48,357 nt of DNA from an uncultured Candidatus Saccharibacteria bacterium (GCA_947307445.1 CAMZJD010000001.1:1-48357), one strand, 5' to 3'; shown: positions 1 through 8,253, counted from the first letter of the stretch. A program made the numbers and translations. Notes: generated by a model from the sequence alone, not told the origin.

Positions 1-20
1 ATCTTGGAGTCTAGCATAAA

Positions 21-46
21 AAATATCTCCCTTGCGGGAGATATTT
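21..46. terminator. Intrinsic (bidirectional) terminator hairpin
   Basis: aaatatctccc/ttgc/gggagatattt forms an 11-bp perfect stem with an A-run before and a T-run after. It lies 3 nt beyond the stop of ORF 50..157. Confidence 0.75.
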
Positions 47-49
47 TAT

Positions 50-157
50 TTAGCGACCATTTTTCAAATTGAAATGTTTGCGTTTTTCGCTATGAGAATG
101 GTTGTTGTTGCGATTGAGCTTTGCAATCGGAACTTTGCGCTTAACTTTGCGTGCCAT
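50..157 (-). CDS. 35-aa basic peptide resembling the N-terminal half of ribosomal protein bL28
   Basis: Too short for the ORF track. ATG at 157-155 with GGAGG (164-168) 6 nt upstream. Peptide is MARKVKRKVPIAKLNRNNNHSHSEKRKHFNLKNGR, and NN.SHS..KR.F.NL fits the bL28 core GNN.SH....KR.F.PNL. TAA at 50-52 runs straight into the terminator. It is co-oriented 21 nt downstream of rpmE. Confidence 0.45.
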   Translation of the reverse strand: MARKVKRKVPIAKLNRNNNHSHSEKRKHFNLKNGR

Positions 158-178
158 ATGTTACCTCCAAAACTTCAA

Positions 179-508
179 TTATTTATCGGCTTTAGCGGCT
201 TTTTTGACAGCCTCTTTTTTCGCCTTTGCTACCTTGTTGCCAAGTTGAGCCTTAAGGGCAGCAGCCTTCTTTGCGCGAGCCTTGAAGCGGTCAACACGAC
301 CTTCGGTATCGATAATCTTTTCTTCGCCAGTGAAGAATGGATGAGAAGCACTAGAAATCTGCATCTTTACCAGTGGATATTCCTTGCCATCCGTCCACTT
401 GATGGTTTCTTCCGACTTTGCGGTAGAGCGAGTTAAGAAAGAAAACTTGGCTTGCTCATCGGCGAACACCACAAAACGGTAATCTTTAGGTTGAATTGAT
501 TTTTTCAT
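179..508 (-). CDS. rpmE: 50S ribosomal protein L31, type B (no CxxC), with a ~30-aa Lys/Ala-rich C-terminal extension
   Basis: [13 protein letters not shown]......F.TRST......I.W.DG.EYPLV...ISS.SHPF.TG is the L31 type B pattern. The tail is [34 protein letters not shown]. Confidence 0.85.
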   Translation of the reverse strand: MKKSIQPKDYRFVVFADEQAKFSFLTRSTAKSEETIKWTDGKEYPLVKMQISSASHPFFTGEEKIIDTEGRVDRFKARAKKAAALKAQLGNKVAKAKKEAVKKAAKADK

Positions 509-632
509 AATTACCGCTAATTATACCAGATAAAACCCCAGAAGTAAAGCGTTAGAATCTGGCGAAGTTTTATCGCCAAAAAGTCTTAAATTTGTTAAAA
601 TAAGCATAAGAAGTATTAATACAAGGAAAGAC

Positions 633-3488
633 ATGACTCCTCAACAGCCACTTGCGAGTCCAAATCCTGGCATGCCGCCTGCCGTACCTCCGAACGCGCC
701 GCCAGTTCCCAATCCTGTTCCGCCAGCTGCCAACCCATTTGTGCAGCCACAAGTCGATCCGTTTTCAAACGCCAACTCTATTCAGATGGCTCCCGAACCA
801 GTTTTTCCTATTCCGGTTCCTACCCCAACTCCAGCCTCACCTCAGCCAGTCCCCGCTAATCCAGCCATGGTCGCTCAGCCGCTGCCACAACCCATACCAA
901 ATCCTACTCAGCCTATGATGCAGCCAGCCGTTGAACCGGCTGCACCGATTGTTCAGCCGCCGGTAGAACCCGTGCCTCCGGCCGCACCAGTTGCTCAACC
1001 AGTAGCGGAACCTATGCCGCCAGTTGCTCCGGCTGCCCCACCAGTGGCACCAGAGCTTGTCCAGCCAATTCCACCTCAACTACCAGTTGAGCCTACCCAG
1101 CCAATGACGCCACCAGTCACTCCGCCGGAAGTTGCTCAGCCAATCGCGCAAGCTGTTCCGCAACCTATCCCAGAATCGCCGCAGCCCATAGCTCAACCGG
1201 TACCACCAATAGAACAACCGATTGCTCAGCCGCCGGTAGAACCCGTTGCCGCGCCCGCCCCAGTTGCTCAACCATTAGCGGAACCTATGCCGCCAGTTGC
1301 TCCGGCTGTCCCACCAGCTACACCAGTCGAGCCGGCAATCGCCCAGTCACCCATCCCACCTACTCCACTTGAAGCTCCTCAGCCTACAACCCCTCAGTCG
1401 ATACAAGCGCCAGTCGCCGATCCGACCCAGCCTGTGCCAATAGCCCCCACAACGGAGCCAGCACCAGTAGCGGCACCAGTCGTAGTTGCTGATCAAGCTC
1501 TTGCTGCGCAAGCGGTTGCTCCTGTTGCGGAGCCAGTCATCGACCCGATGCTTGCAGCTCAGCCAGTTGCGCCACAAGCGGTACCCGAAATGTCGCCAGC
1601 CGCTCCAATACCGATAGACCCAGCCCAAGCAGTTGCCGCGCCCACAGACTCAGCCGCTCCAGCAGCGGAGCCAGAACAGCCAATGGGCGCCGTAGACCTC
1701 GAATCCGAATTGTCGCCAGAGGAAGTGGCAGAAGTCACTGCCGAGGCAGAAAATACCGAGCTGACCACACCAAAAGCCACTCAAGCCCCAACTACGCAAT
1801 TTGACGATTCTGTCGTAGAAGCTCCAGCCGCCATTCCGCCAATGGGCCTAATGTCGGAACCGGCCAAAAAGAGCAAGCTACCGTTAATAGCTGGCATACT
1901 TGCTCTCCTTATCATTGCCGGTGTAGCTGTATACTTCCTATTCTTTAGTGAAAAGAAAGAAGAACTAGCTATCTTAGACGACACGGTAATCCTTCTACCA
2001 GACAAAGGTGGCGATGGCAGTAAGGCTGCCGTTTTCAACTATTCTACCGGTGAAAAAGTAACCGATTTCATTTACAACAGCGGTTCCGGCTTCGTGGGCG
2101 GCTATGCGCAAGTTACAAATGCCGATGGTAAAGACGGCATCATTAATAATAAAGGCGAAGCGACAGTTGATTTCGGCGCGTTCGACAGCATTCGTAGTCG
2201 CGGCGCACTATATGCTGCCCGCAAAGGTGATGAGCTTTCAATTATTACCGCTAGAGGCGACAAAGTTGTAAGTGTAAAAGAGGACGATAAAGTCTTTGGG
2301 GCATACGAGGGTGTCTACTTTACTGTAGTTCGTCACAATAATCAGAATGATATTTATACCATTCAGGGTAAGAAAATTGATAGCTTTGAGACAGATAAAG
2401 ATCTTTCTTTCCGCCAAAAAGGGAACCTCGTTTCAATTAGCTATCCTGGCGCAATAATTACACTCGACAATAAAGAGCTTAAAGTCCTCAAGAAATATAG
2501 TTTCGACAGCGATAAAATCTTTGGCGTTTACGATACATCCGATAAAAGTGATTTAGTGATAGTAACAACAATATTCTCGCTAGAAGACGAGAATAATAAG
2601 AAAACCGAATATGGAGTGCTTTCTGGTGACCAAGTCTATGATTTCTCGGAAAGCTGTACGTATTTGGATTTCATGAAAAATACCAATATTACGAATCTAT
2701 ATAACGATGGTGGTGTCGTAGTTTGTAGCAAAGAAAATGAGGCCAACAAACACTATAATTATTCTATTGTCCGTAGCGACGGTACGCTCAAAAAGCTCGA
2801 TACTAATAATAGTTACAGCTTTACATCCGAACAAGATTACATTATTGCGTACGGAGCTAGCTTCCTAGGCAACTCAAATAAAATCGAATTTTACCAAGGT
2901 GGCTCCATCGCCAAAACATTGACGGGATCCTTTGGTTATATTACATACGACCAAGGTAATATTTCGGCTTACGACAGTATCAATAAAAAGACCGCGCTCT
3001 ACAACAATGCCGGTGAGTCAATCATCGAATCAAGCGTTAACCCCGTAGTGTTATTGGGACCTTATGACAACGATACCTATATTACCAACGCATTTGTGAA
3101 TAATTATCTATCAGACAAAGATGGCAAACGTCTCTCTAGCCCTTATGATTACCTGATCTACAATAAATGCGCATCTTTTGTGGCATCGAACTACGATCTA
3201 AACAGCCGTAGTTCTAGATATATATTACTCGATGGTACTGGTAAAGAAGTGACTAAGATGGGCGAATACAATCGTTTTACTTGTCTAGATAACGGTAGCA
3301 CCATCGCTATTCGGACAGATAAGAAAGGTTTTACCGTCTTCGGCTCCGACTTCACCACACTCGGTGACGGTGAATATGGCAGCTACCTATATAGCGGTTC
3401 TGGGTATATAGAAGTCGAATTTGAGTCGCCACATAAATTTGTTTTCTACACATATGATGGTAAAAAATTTCATGAATATGGAGAATAA
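633..3488 (+). CDS. Membrane-anchored protein, paralog 1 of 3: ~400-aa Pro/Ala/Val/Gln-rich N-region, one TM helix, WG-like beta-repeat C-domain
   Basis: 951-aa ORF with SD aaggaaag. No signal peptide. KKSK then LPLIAGILALLIIAGVAVYFLFF, followed by FNYSTGEKVTDFIYNSGSGFVGGYAQVTNADGKDGIINNKGEATVDFGAF. The rest is Tyr/Asp/Asn-rich. Confidence 0.8.
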   Translation: MTPQQPLASPNPGMPPAVPPNAPPVPNPVPPAANPFVQPQVDPFSNANSIQMAPEPVFPIPVPTPTPASPQPVPANPAMVAQPLPQPIPNPTQPMMQPAVEPAAPIVQPPVEPVPPAAPVAQPVAEPMPPVAPAAPPVAPELVQPIPPQLPVEPTQPMTPPVTPPEVAQPIAQAVPQPIPESPQPIAQPVPPIEQPIAQPPVEPVAAPAPVAQPLAEPMPPVAPAVPPATPVEPAIAQSPIPPTPLEAPQPTTPQSIQAPVADPTQPVPIAPTTEPAPVAAPVVVADQALAAQAVAPVAEPVIDPMLAAQPVAPQAVPEMSPAAPIPIDPAQAVAAPTDSAAPAAEPEQPMGAVDLESELSPEEVAEVTAEAENTELTTPKATQAPTTQFDDSVVEAPAAIPPMGLMSEPAKKSKLPLIAGILALLIIAGVAVYFLFFSEKKEELAILDDTVILLPDKGGDGSKAAVFNYSTGEKVTDFIYNSGSGFVGGYAQVTNADGKDGIINNKGEATVDFGAFDSIRSRGALYAARKGDELSIITARGDKVVSVKEDDKVFGAYEGVYFTVVRHNNQNDIYTIQGKKIDSFETDKDLSFRQKGNLVSISYPGAIITLDNKELKVLKKYSFDSDKIFGVYDTSDKSDLVIVTTIFSLEDENNKKTEYGVLSGDQVYDFSESCTYLDFMKNTNITNLYNDGGVVVCSKENEANKHYNYSIVRSDGTLKKLDTNNSYSFTSEQDYIIAYGASFLGNSNKIEFYQGGSIAKTLTGSFGYITYDQGNISAYDSINKKTALYNNAGESIIESSVNPVVLLGPYDNDTYITNAFVNNYLSDKDGKRLSSPYDYLIYNKCASFVASNYDLNSRSSRYILLDGTGKEVTKMGEYNRFTCLDNGSTIAIRTDKKGFTVFGSDFTTLGDGEYGSYLYSGSGYIEVEFESPHKFVFYTYDGKKFHEYGE
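951..1044 (+). repeat. Intragenic direct repeat, copy 1 (94 nt)
   Basis: Matches 1224..1317 at 85 of 94 positions by hand alignment, including a 33-nt identical block tagcggaacctatgccgccagttgctccggctg. The offset is 273 nt, which is in frame. Confidence 0.85.
1224..1317 (+). repeat. Intragenic direct repeat, copy 2 (94 nt)
   Basis: See copy 1. It encodes AQPPVEPVAAPAPVAQPLAEPMPPVAPAVPP versus VQPPVEPVPPAAPVAQPVAEPMPPVAPAAPP. Confidence 0.85.
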
Positions 3489-3490
3489 AC

Positions 3491-5356
3491 ATGGATTCAA
3501 ACAATAGTTTAATTCCCGATCCAGAGACGAGCACGGAAAGCGATTCGCTCGTGCCAGACTCGGCGGTAGTCGAATCGGGCAAAACCGAGCCCGAAGCTGC
3601 CCCAGCTCCAGCAAAAGATTACTCCTTGCCGCCCGAGCCGGCCGCTCCAGCTGAGGATCTGCCAACAGCTGGCGCAATAAAAAACGACACGGATGAGAAG
3701 CCAAAAAAGAAGGTCAACTTTAAATTGATCGGCATCATTGCCGGCATTGTCGTAGTTGTTGCGGCGCTTGTGCTGGTCTTTATTTTTGTCATTTTGCCAA
3801 TTATCGAGAAGAACAGTCGCGGCTCACTTAACACTGACGCTAAAGCAATGGTTATTCAAGAAACGCTTAGTGGCGATTCTAAATATGCCATCTTTGACGA
3901 AAACGGCAAACCGATTACTGACTTTATTTATAGCTCGGCCACCGAATTCGCCAATGGCTATTCTGTCGTATCCGATACAGCTGGAGACAAAGTTGGCATC
4001 ATCACATCTGGCGGCAAAATGAGTATCGACTTTGGCACTTACGCCACAATCAATCGCTATGGTAATGTGTTTGGTGCCGTAATGGATAATGGCCAGCGTA
4101 AATTAATTCGCGGTAATAATGAATTAATTGCAGAGTATTCTGGCGAAATCAACTATTATGACGATTTAGAAATGAGCGTTGTTAAAGTTGATGGCAAATA
4201 TCGCTTGTATGACAAAAACGGCGAAAAGAAGTATGAGTTTGACAACGAGCCGACCATCGAGCCAACTCTCAAAGGCGATAAGACATACTGGGTTAAAGCC
4301 AGTAACCACGTCGTGATTATCGACACTATCTTCAATCGTGTCGTCCTTGACCAAGACACCACGCGAGATTACGATAGCTTTTCAGTTTCCTCAGATGGCA
4401 AGTGCGCGATATTGCGCCATGAAGGCCAAACCGAAGACCACAAAAGGGCTTATGGCATCCTGTATCGCGGCAATTTCAAAGAAGTTGCGTTTGATGACTA
4501 TCTTTATATTGGAAGTGACATATCGGACAATTATGCCGAAGACACAAGTTGCTATATTTACTCCGATAGCCGAACCGGCGTTAATGATTACAATTTGCAC
4601 CCAAATTTCAAGATTTTGGACGAAGATTTTAAGCTAGTTGCGCGACCATATTCAGCCTCAGCAATTGGTGCTAGCCGTAGCAATTCTTACTACTTCCTCG
4701 ACGCCAAACATCATATACAGACGATTGACGACAAAACATCAAAGCGGAAATACATTGAATTTTACGTCGATGGCCAAAAAGTCAAAGAAGTCAACAACCA
4801 CTATCGTGTTAAGCCGATTGACAGCGAGCATTACGCCGTTGAGTATTACGAATCTAACAGCTATAAGTATTGCTTGTTTAATACCTCTGGCGATGAGCTC
4901 GAATGTAACACTGATCATGGTTACTACTCAGTAGATGTCTATGGCGCGATTCCGGGTGATTATGTCTTTTACGATAAGGAATACAACAAGATTGCCGATT
5001 TCGAGAATATCTATGCTAATTTGCCGTATTTCGACGACGAAACGAATAACGGCCACATTAATGGCTACTATCTCTTGTCGTACAACTCCGATAAATTCGT
5101 ATTCCTAGTCGACCCCAAGACTGGCAAAGAACTCATCAAGCGCGATCTCTACAAGAAGATTGAATATCAAAAACAATACGATACATATCTTGCTACCCGC
5201 GACGATGATTCAATCGATATTATTGATAAAGATTTCAATGTGCTGTCCACTATTGTCGGCAAAGTCACTCTACATCAAAATTACGTTGAAGCCAAAGGTG
5301 GTTCGGCAACCGAACTCTATACTTTAAATGGCGAAAAGTTCTATACTTATAATTAG
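3491..5356 (+). CDS. Membrane-anchored protein, paralog 2 of 3: Pro/Ala/Glu-rich N-tail, one TM, WG-like beta-repeat C-domain
   Basis: 621 aa, starting 2 nt after the stop of paralog 1. KPKKKVNFK then LIGIIAGIVVVVAALVLVFIFVILPII, followed by KYAIFDENGKPITDFIYSSATEFANGYSVVSDTAGDKVGIITSGGKMSIDFGTY. Confidence 0.8.
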   Translation: MDSNNSLIPDPETSTESDSLVPDSAVVESGKTEPEAAPAPAKDYSLPPEPAAPAEDLPTAGAIKNDTDEKPKKKVNFKLIGIIAGIVVVVAALVLVFIFVILPIIEKNSRGSLNTDAKAMVIQETLSGDSKYAIFDENGKPITDFIYSSATEFANGYSVVSDTAGDKVGIITSGGKMSIDFGTYATINRYGNVFGAVMDNGQRKLIRGNNELIAEYSGEINYYDDLEMSVVKVDGKYRLYDKNGEKKYEFDNEPTIEPTLKGDKTYWVKASNHVVIIDTIFNRVVLDQDTTRDYDSFSVSSDGKCAILRHEGQTEDHKRAYGILYRGNFKEVAFDDYLYIGSDISDNYAEDTSCYIYSDSRTGVNDYNLHPNFKILDEDFKLVARPYSASAIGASRSNSYYFLDAKHHIQTIDDKTSKRKYIEFYVDGQKVKEVNNHYRVKPIDSEHYAVEYYESNSYKYCLFNTSGDELECNTDHGYYSVDVYGAIPGDYVFYDKEYNKIADFENIYANLPYFDDETNNGHINGYYLLSYNSDKFVFLVDPKTGKELIKRDLYKKIEYQKQYDTYLATRDDDSIDIIDKDFNVLSTIVGKVTLHQNYVEAKGGSATELYTLNGEKFYTYN

Positions 5357-5368
5357 TAAAGGAGGCAA

Positions 5369-7189
5369 ATGGAACCAAACACAACAAACCCTAATCCAGC
5401 TCCGGCCCCGACACCAGCGCCTACGCCAGTTGTAGCGCAGCCTGCACCAGCCGAGCAGCCGGTCATTGCACAAAAGCCAAAGGCAGAAGGTGGCGCAAAG
5501 CCGAAAGGTAAAGGCAAAGTCGGCTTAATTATAGGTATTATTGTCGGCGTTCTCGTTGTTGTTGGCGTAGTGCTGCTCATTATCGGCTTAGCCGGCGGCG
5601 GTCTATTTGCCAAACATCCGATTTACGAAGCTGACGCTTTCTGGCTGAAAGATAAAGACGACAAGTATATTCTCTTTAGCAAATCCGGTGAACGCCTATC
5701 GGAAGAAAAGTTCGATGACGTTGAGGATTTCCATAACGGCATGTCCCTCGTTGAGAAAGATGGCAAAACCGGCGTCATCAACGATAAGGGTAAAATGACG
5801 ATTGAATTTGGCCAGTACGAAAGCAGTATTTATGAGGTCGGCGCTGGTCTTTACGGTGTTTCGGTTGATGCTGGGAAAGATGGGCTAGTCTACCAACTCA
5901 TCAATGGCGAAGGCAGAGTCATTACTGAAGCGAAATCCGCATTCTTAAGTAATGCTTTTATTGGCGATAGCGACGTTCCGTTTGTCGCAGTTAAAGATGA
6001 AGACAACTACTATGACATTTACAATACTTATGGCCAGCGTGTCATGAATATTCAGAGTAGCTCTGAGCCAGTATTTGAAGTTGTCAATGAGTACAATTCT
6101 GATCCAGATGATTATAAGTATTACGCTTCAATTTCCTACGATAAAGGCTTTGCGGTTTATGATGCGAACAACCTCAAAGAGCTCGCCAAAATCGAGGAAG
6201 GTATCTCGACTCGCTACGAAGTCCGTCGCGCCATTGACGACAAGCATTTCTATGCTATCGAGTACTACGATGATTATCGCAACAATGATGAACGCAAGAA
6301 GCTTTACGTTGTCGATGGTAAATTAGTTGATATTCATGCTAAGTGCGACGACGAGCATATTGATTTCGATGACGGTATGGTCATCTGTGAAGTAGAAGGC
6401 GATAACGACGGCGATTATCCATTTGCCGATGACGGCTCATTAATGAAATATCCAAACGGCGATCGCATCGGTAACGAGCGCGCCAATTATGTCGACCTCA
6501 AGCACTATATCGTTGAAAACGAAAACGACGACGCTGTCGCTATCTATGCCGATGGCAACGTAGTCAAATCTTACAATGACGTCTACAGCACTAGAATCAT
6601 CAATGGTGAGGATGACGAATACTATTATTACGTCCGCACCCGCAAGGGCGAAAATTACACCACGATTGTATTAAAGACGGACGGCACCGAAATCTTCAAA
6701 CAGACTGCCGACTATTACTTCACGATTAATACGATTTCTGGCGACCGCATTATCGCTTACGACTATGGTTGTACTTACAGTAGCTGTAAGAATAAGCGTG
6801 AATCTGGCGATTATCTCTTTGATACTGAAGGTAAGAAGATTTATGGCCCAGTTTACAACCTAGACTACGTCAACGAAAACTACTTCGTGTACCAGACTGG
6901 CAGCCGCTATTATGACGAAGATATCAAATATGGCCTCCTCGATCGCGATGGCAAGGAAGTACTCTCTAAGGCGGAATACGTCGACTACGATTCGACTGAC
7001 TCCGGCGTAATTGCGGCCCGCAAAGAGACCGACAACGGCTATGTCTACGTCGTATTAGATAAAGATTTCAACGTCATCACCGAGTTTGCCTACCGCGATG
7101 CCGATTTCTACAACGACTACTGCGTCATCAAGAAAGACGACAGTCGCATCTACTACAACCTCGACATGAAGGAAATCTACAAAGATTAA
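5369..7189 (+). CDS. Membrane-anchored protein, paralog 3 of 3: Pro/Ala-rich N-tail, one TM, WG-like beta-repeat C-domain
   Basis: 606 aa with SD aggagg. NPNPAPAPTPAPTPVVAQPAP, then KPKGKGK, then VGLIIGIIVGVLVVVGVVLLIIGLAGGGLF, then KYILFSKSGERLSEEKFDDVEDFHNGMSLVEKDGKTGVINDKGKMTIEFGQY. Confidence 0.8.
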   Translation: MEPNTTNPNPAPAPTPAPTPVVAQPAPAEQPVIAQKPKAEGGAKPKGKGKVGLIIGIIVGVLVVVGVVLLIIGLAGGGLFAKHPIYEADAFWLKDKDDKYILFSKSGERLSEEKFDDVEDFHNGMSLVEKDGKTGVINDKGKMTIEFGQYESSIYEVGAGLYGVSVDAGKDGLVYQLINGEGRVITEAKSAFLSNAFIGDSDVPFVAVKDEDNYYDIYNTYGQRVMNIQSSSEPVFEVVNEYNSDPDDYKYYASISYDKGFAVYDANNLKELAKIEEGISTRYEVRRAIDDKHFYAIEYYDDYRNNDERKKLYVVDGKLVDIHAKCDDEHIDFDDGMVICEVEGDNDGDYPFADDGSLMKYPNGDRIGNERANYVDLKHYIVENENDDAVAIYADGNVVKSYNDVYSTRIINGEDDEYYYYVRTRKGENYTTIVLKTDGTEIFKQTADYYFTINTISGDRIIAYDYGCTYSSCKNKRESGDYLFDTEGKKIYGPVYNLDYVNENYFVYQTGSRYYDEDIKYGLLDRDGKEVLSKAEYVDYDSTDSGVIAARKETDNGYVYVVLDKDFNVITEFAYRDADFYNDYCVIKKDDSRIYYNLDMKEIYKD

Positions 7190-7208
7190 CCCAAAATAAG
7201 GTTAATTA

Positions 7209-7562
7209 TTAGCGCTTGAAGAGCTTCTTAGTAAGCTCTTCAAGTTTTTGTGTGCCATTTTCAAGTTGATAATAATGACGCACGTAAAAGAGTGTAATTA
7301 CGAAGAAAATCATCGTCACGATGCCAACACAGGTCAGCAGCGAGTCAAAGGCCCCACCATTTGGCAAATAAATCGCCAGCATCAAGAATATGACGAAAAA
7401 GATAATCATAAATAGGGCAAAGAATAGCGTCACCACGAGATGGATAAAACGTTCGTGCTGGAATTGTTGAGTCATGACTTTGTGGTATTCTATCAGCTCA
7501 TCAGACGGTTTATCTGATGCTTTTTCTATGTAGGCTATATAATCTCTCAACTTTTTATCCAT
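7209..7562 (-). CDS. Hypothetical small membrane protein (2 TM)
   Basis: ORF track gives 7209..7568 (GTG). I prefer ATG 7562 (MDKKLRDY..) because TGcTACAAT (7569-7577) lies 6 nt upstream, giving a leaderless geometry. Two hydrophobic helices. Confidence 0.6.
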   Translation of the reverse strand: MDKKLRDYIAYIEKASDKPSDELIEYHKVMTQQFQHERFIHLVVTLFFALFMIIFFVIFLMLAIYLPNGGAFDSLLTCVGIVTMIFFVITLFYVRHYYQLENGTQKLEELTKKLFKR

Positions 7563-7568
7563 AAGCAC

Positions 7569-7577
7569 ATTGTAGCA
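7569..7577 (-). promoter_or_regulatory. Extended -10 promoter (TGcTACAAT) 6 nt before ATG 7562
   Basis: The minus strand reads gtgctacaat-gtgctt-atg. Confidence 0.45.
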
Positions 7578-7593
7578 CGTTTTAAGCGGGCCA

Positions 7594-7621
7594 GAAAAAG
7601 GCCCGGGCGCATGGCCCGGGC
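7594..7621 (-). terminator. Intrinsic terminator of ORF 7637..8038
   Basis: cccgggc/gcatg/gcccggg stem (7602-7620) followed on the minus strand by ctttttct. An alternative gggcc/agaaaaa/ggccc stem overlaps it. Confidence 0.7.
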
Positions 7622-7636
7622 AACGGAATGTGAATC

Positions 7637-8038
7637 TTACTCGGAATCTTTGGCTTCGGCCAAATCGGCTTCGCTGAAATAGGTGACGGCCGGACCGTCG
7701 TGTTCAGGTGTGACCACTTCGGCCTCAGACGGTGTGTCGGCGGACGGAGTAGGGATACCGAAGGCTGCAATGCGGTTTTCTAACGCATCGATCTTACGGT
7801 TATTCCCGTTGATGATCTTCTTTACATGCTCGATTTCCGCTCGGCAGGCGTAGAAGTCTGCCCACTTGCTGTAGCGGTCCTCGGAAAACCATTTGGCGCG
7901 ACGCGCCATCTTCTTCAGCATCTTCTTCTCCTGGCAGAGCTCTGTCAGCCTGACATCAAGCTCGCCACGATCCATCAGCGCCTCACCGAGGTCGTTCAGT
8001 AATTCCTCGTATGATTTTTTTATCGTTTTTGACATCAT
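7637..8038 (-). CDS. Hypothetical protein (orphan cassette A), coiled-coil-like with an acidic P/S/T tail
   Basis: Track ORF 7637..8044 starts at a GTG that directly abuts the SD. ATG 8038 lies 5 nt after GGGAGG. G+C is higher than in the neighbours. No family recognised. Confidence 0.6.
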   Translation of the reverse strand: MMSKTIKKSYEELLNDLGEALMDRGELDVRLTELCQEKKMLKKMARRAKWFSEDRYSKWADFYACRAEIEHVKKIINGNNRKIDALENRIAAFGIPTPSADTPSEAEVVTPEHDGPAVTYFSEADLAEAKDSE

Positions 8039-8127
8039 ACTCACCTCCCTGAGCCAGTTCGGGCGTGATTGCCCATTTTAAGCCAAAAACAACGCATGAG
8101 CCCGCCAAGAGCGAGCCACATACTTCT

Positions 8128-8156
8128 ATTATAGCACACTTTATTCAAAAAGTCAA
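8128..8156 (-). promoter_or_regulatory. Sigma70-type promoter TTGACT-17-TATAAT with TG extension (module copy 1)
   Basis: Minus strand reads ttgactttttgaataaagtgtgctataat. The 41-mer 8116-8156 matches 48021-48061 at 37 of 41 positions. Confidence 0.7.
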
Positions 8157-8205
8157 TAGGGACTCCAAAACCAGCCTAAGATAGCATGTTGTAATATTTA
8201 CAATA

Positions 8206-8253
8206 ACACTAGATATAGCGTAAAATAACCATTGACTACGCTATATATAGTGC
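8206..8253 (+). promoter_or_regulatory. Two NrdR-box-like 16-bp palindromes, 32 bp apart
   Basis: acactagatatagcgt (8206-8221) and acgctatatatagtgc (8238-8253) fit the NrdR-box consensus acaCwAtATaTwGtgt. Box 2 fills the promoter spacer. Confidence 0.6.

Noticed and set aside
652-2038. Many 60-95-aa ORFs on both strands inside the Pro-rich region of paralog 1
   Set aside because: They are by-products of the CCN/GCN-rich repeat composition (Trp/Arg/Gly-rich nonsense). The long + frame continues uninterrupted into the TM helix and the conserved ectodomain.
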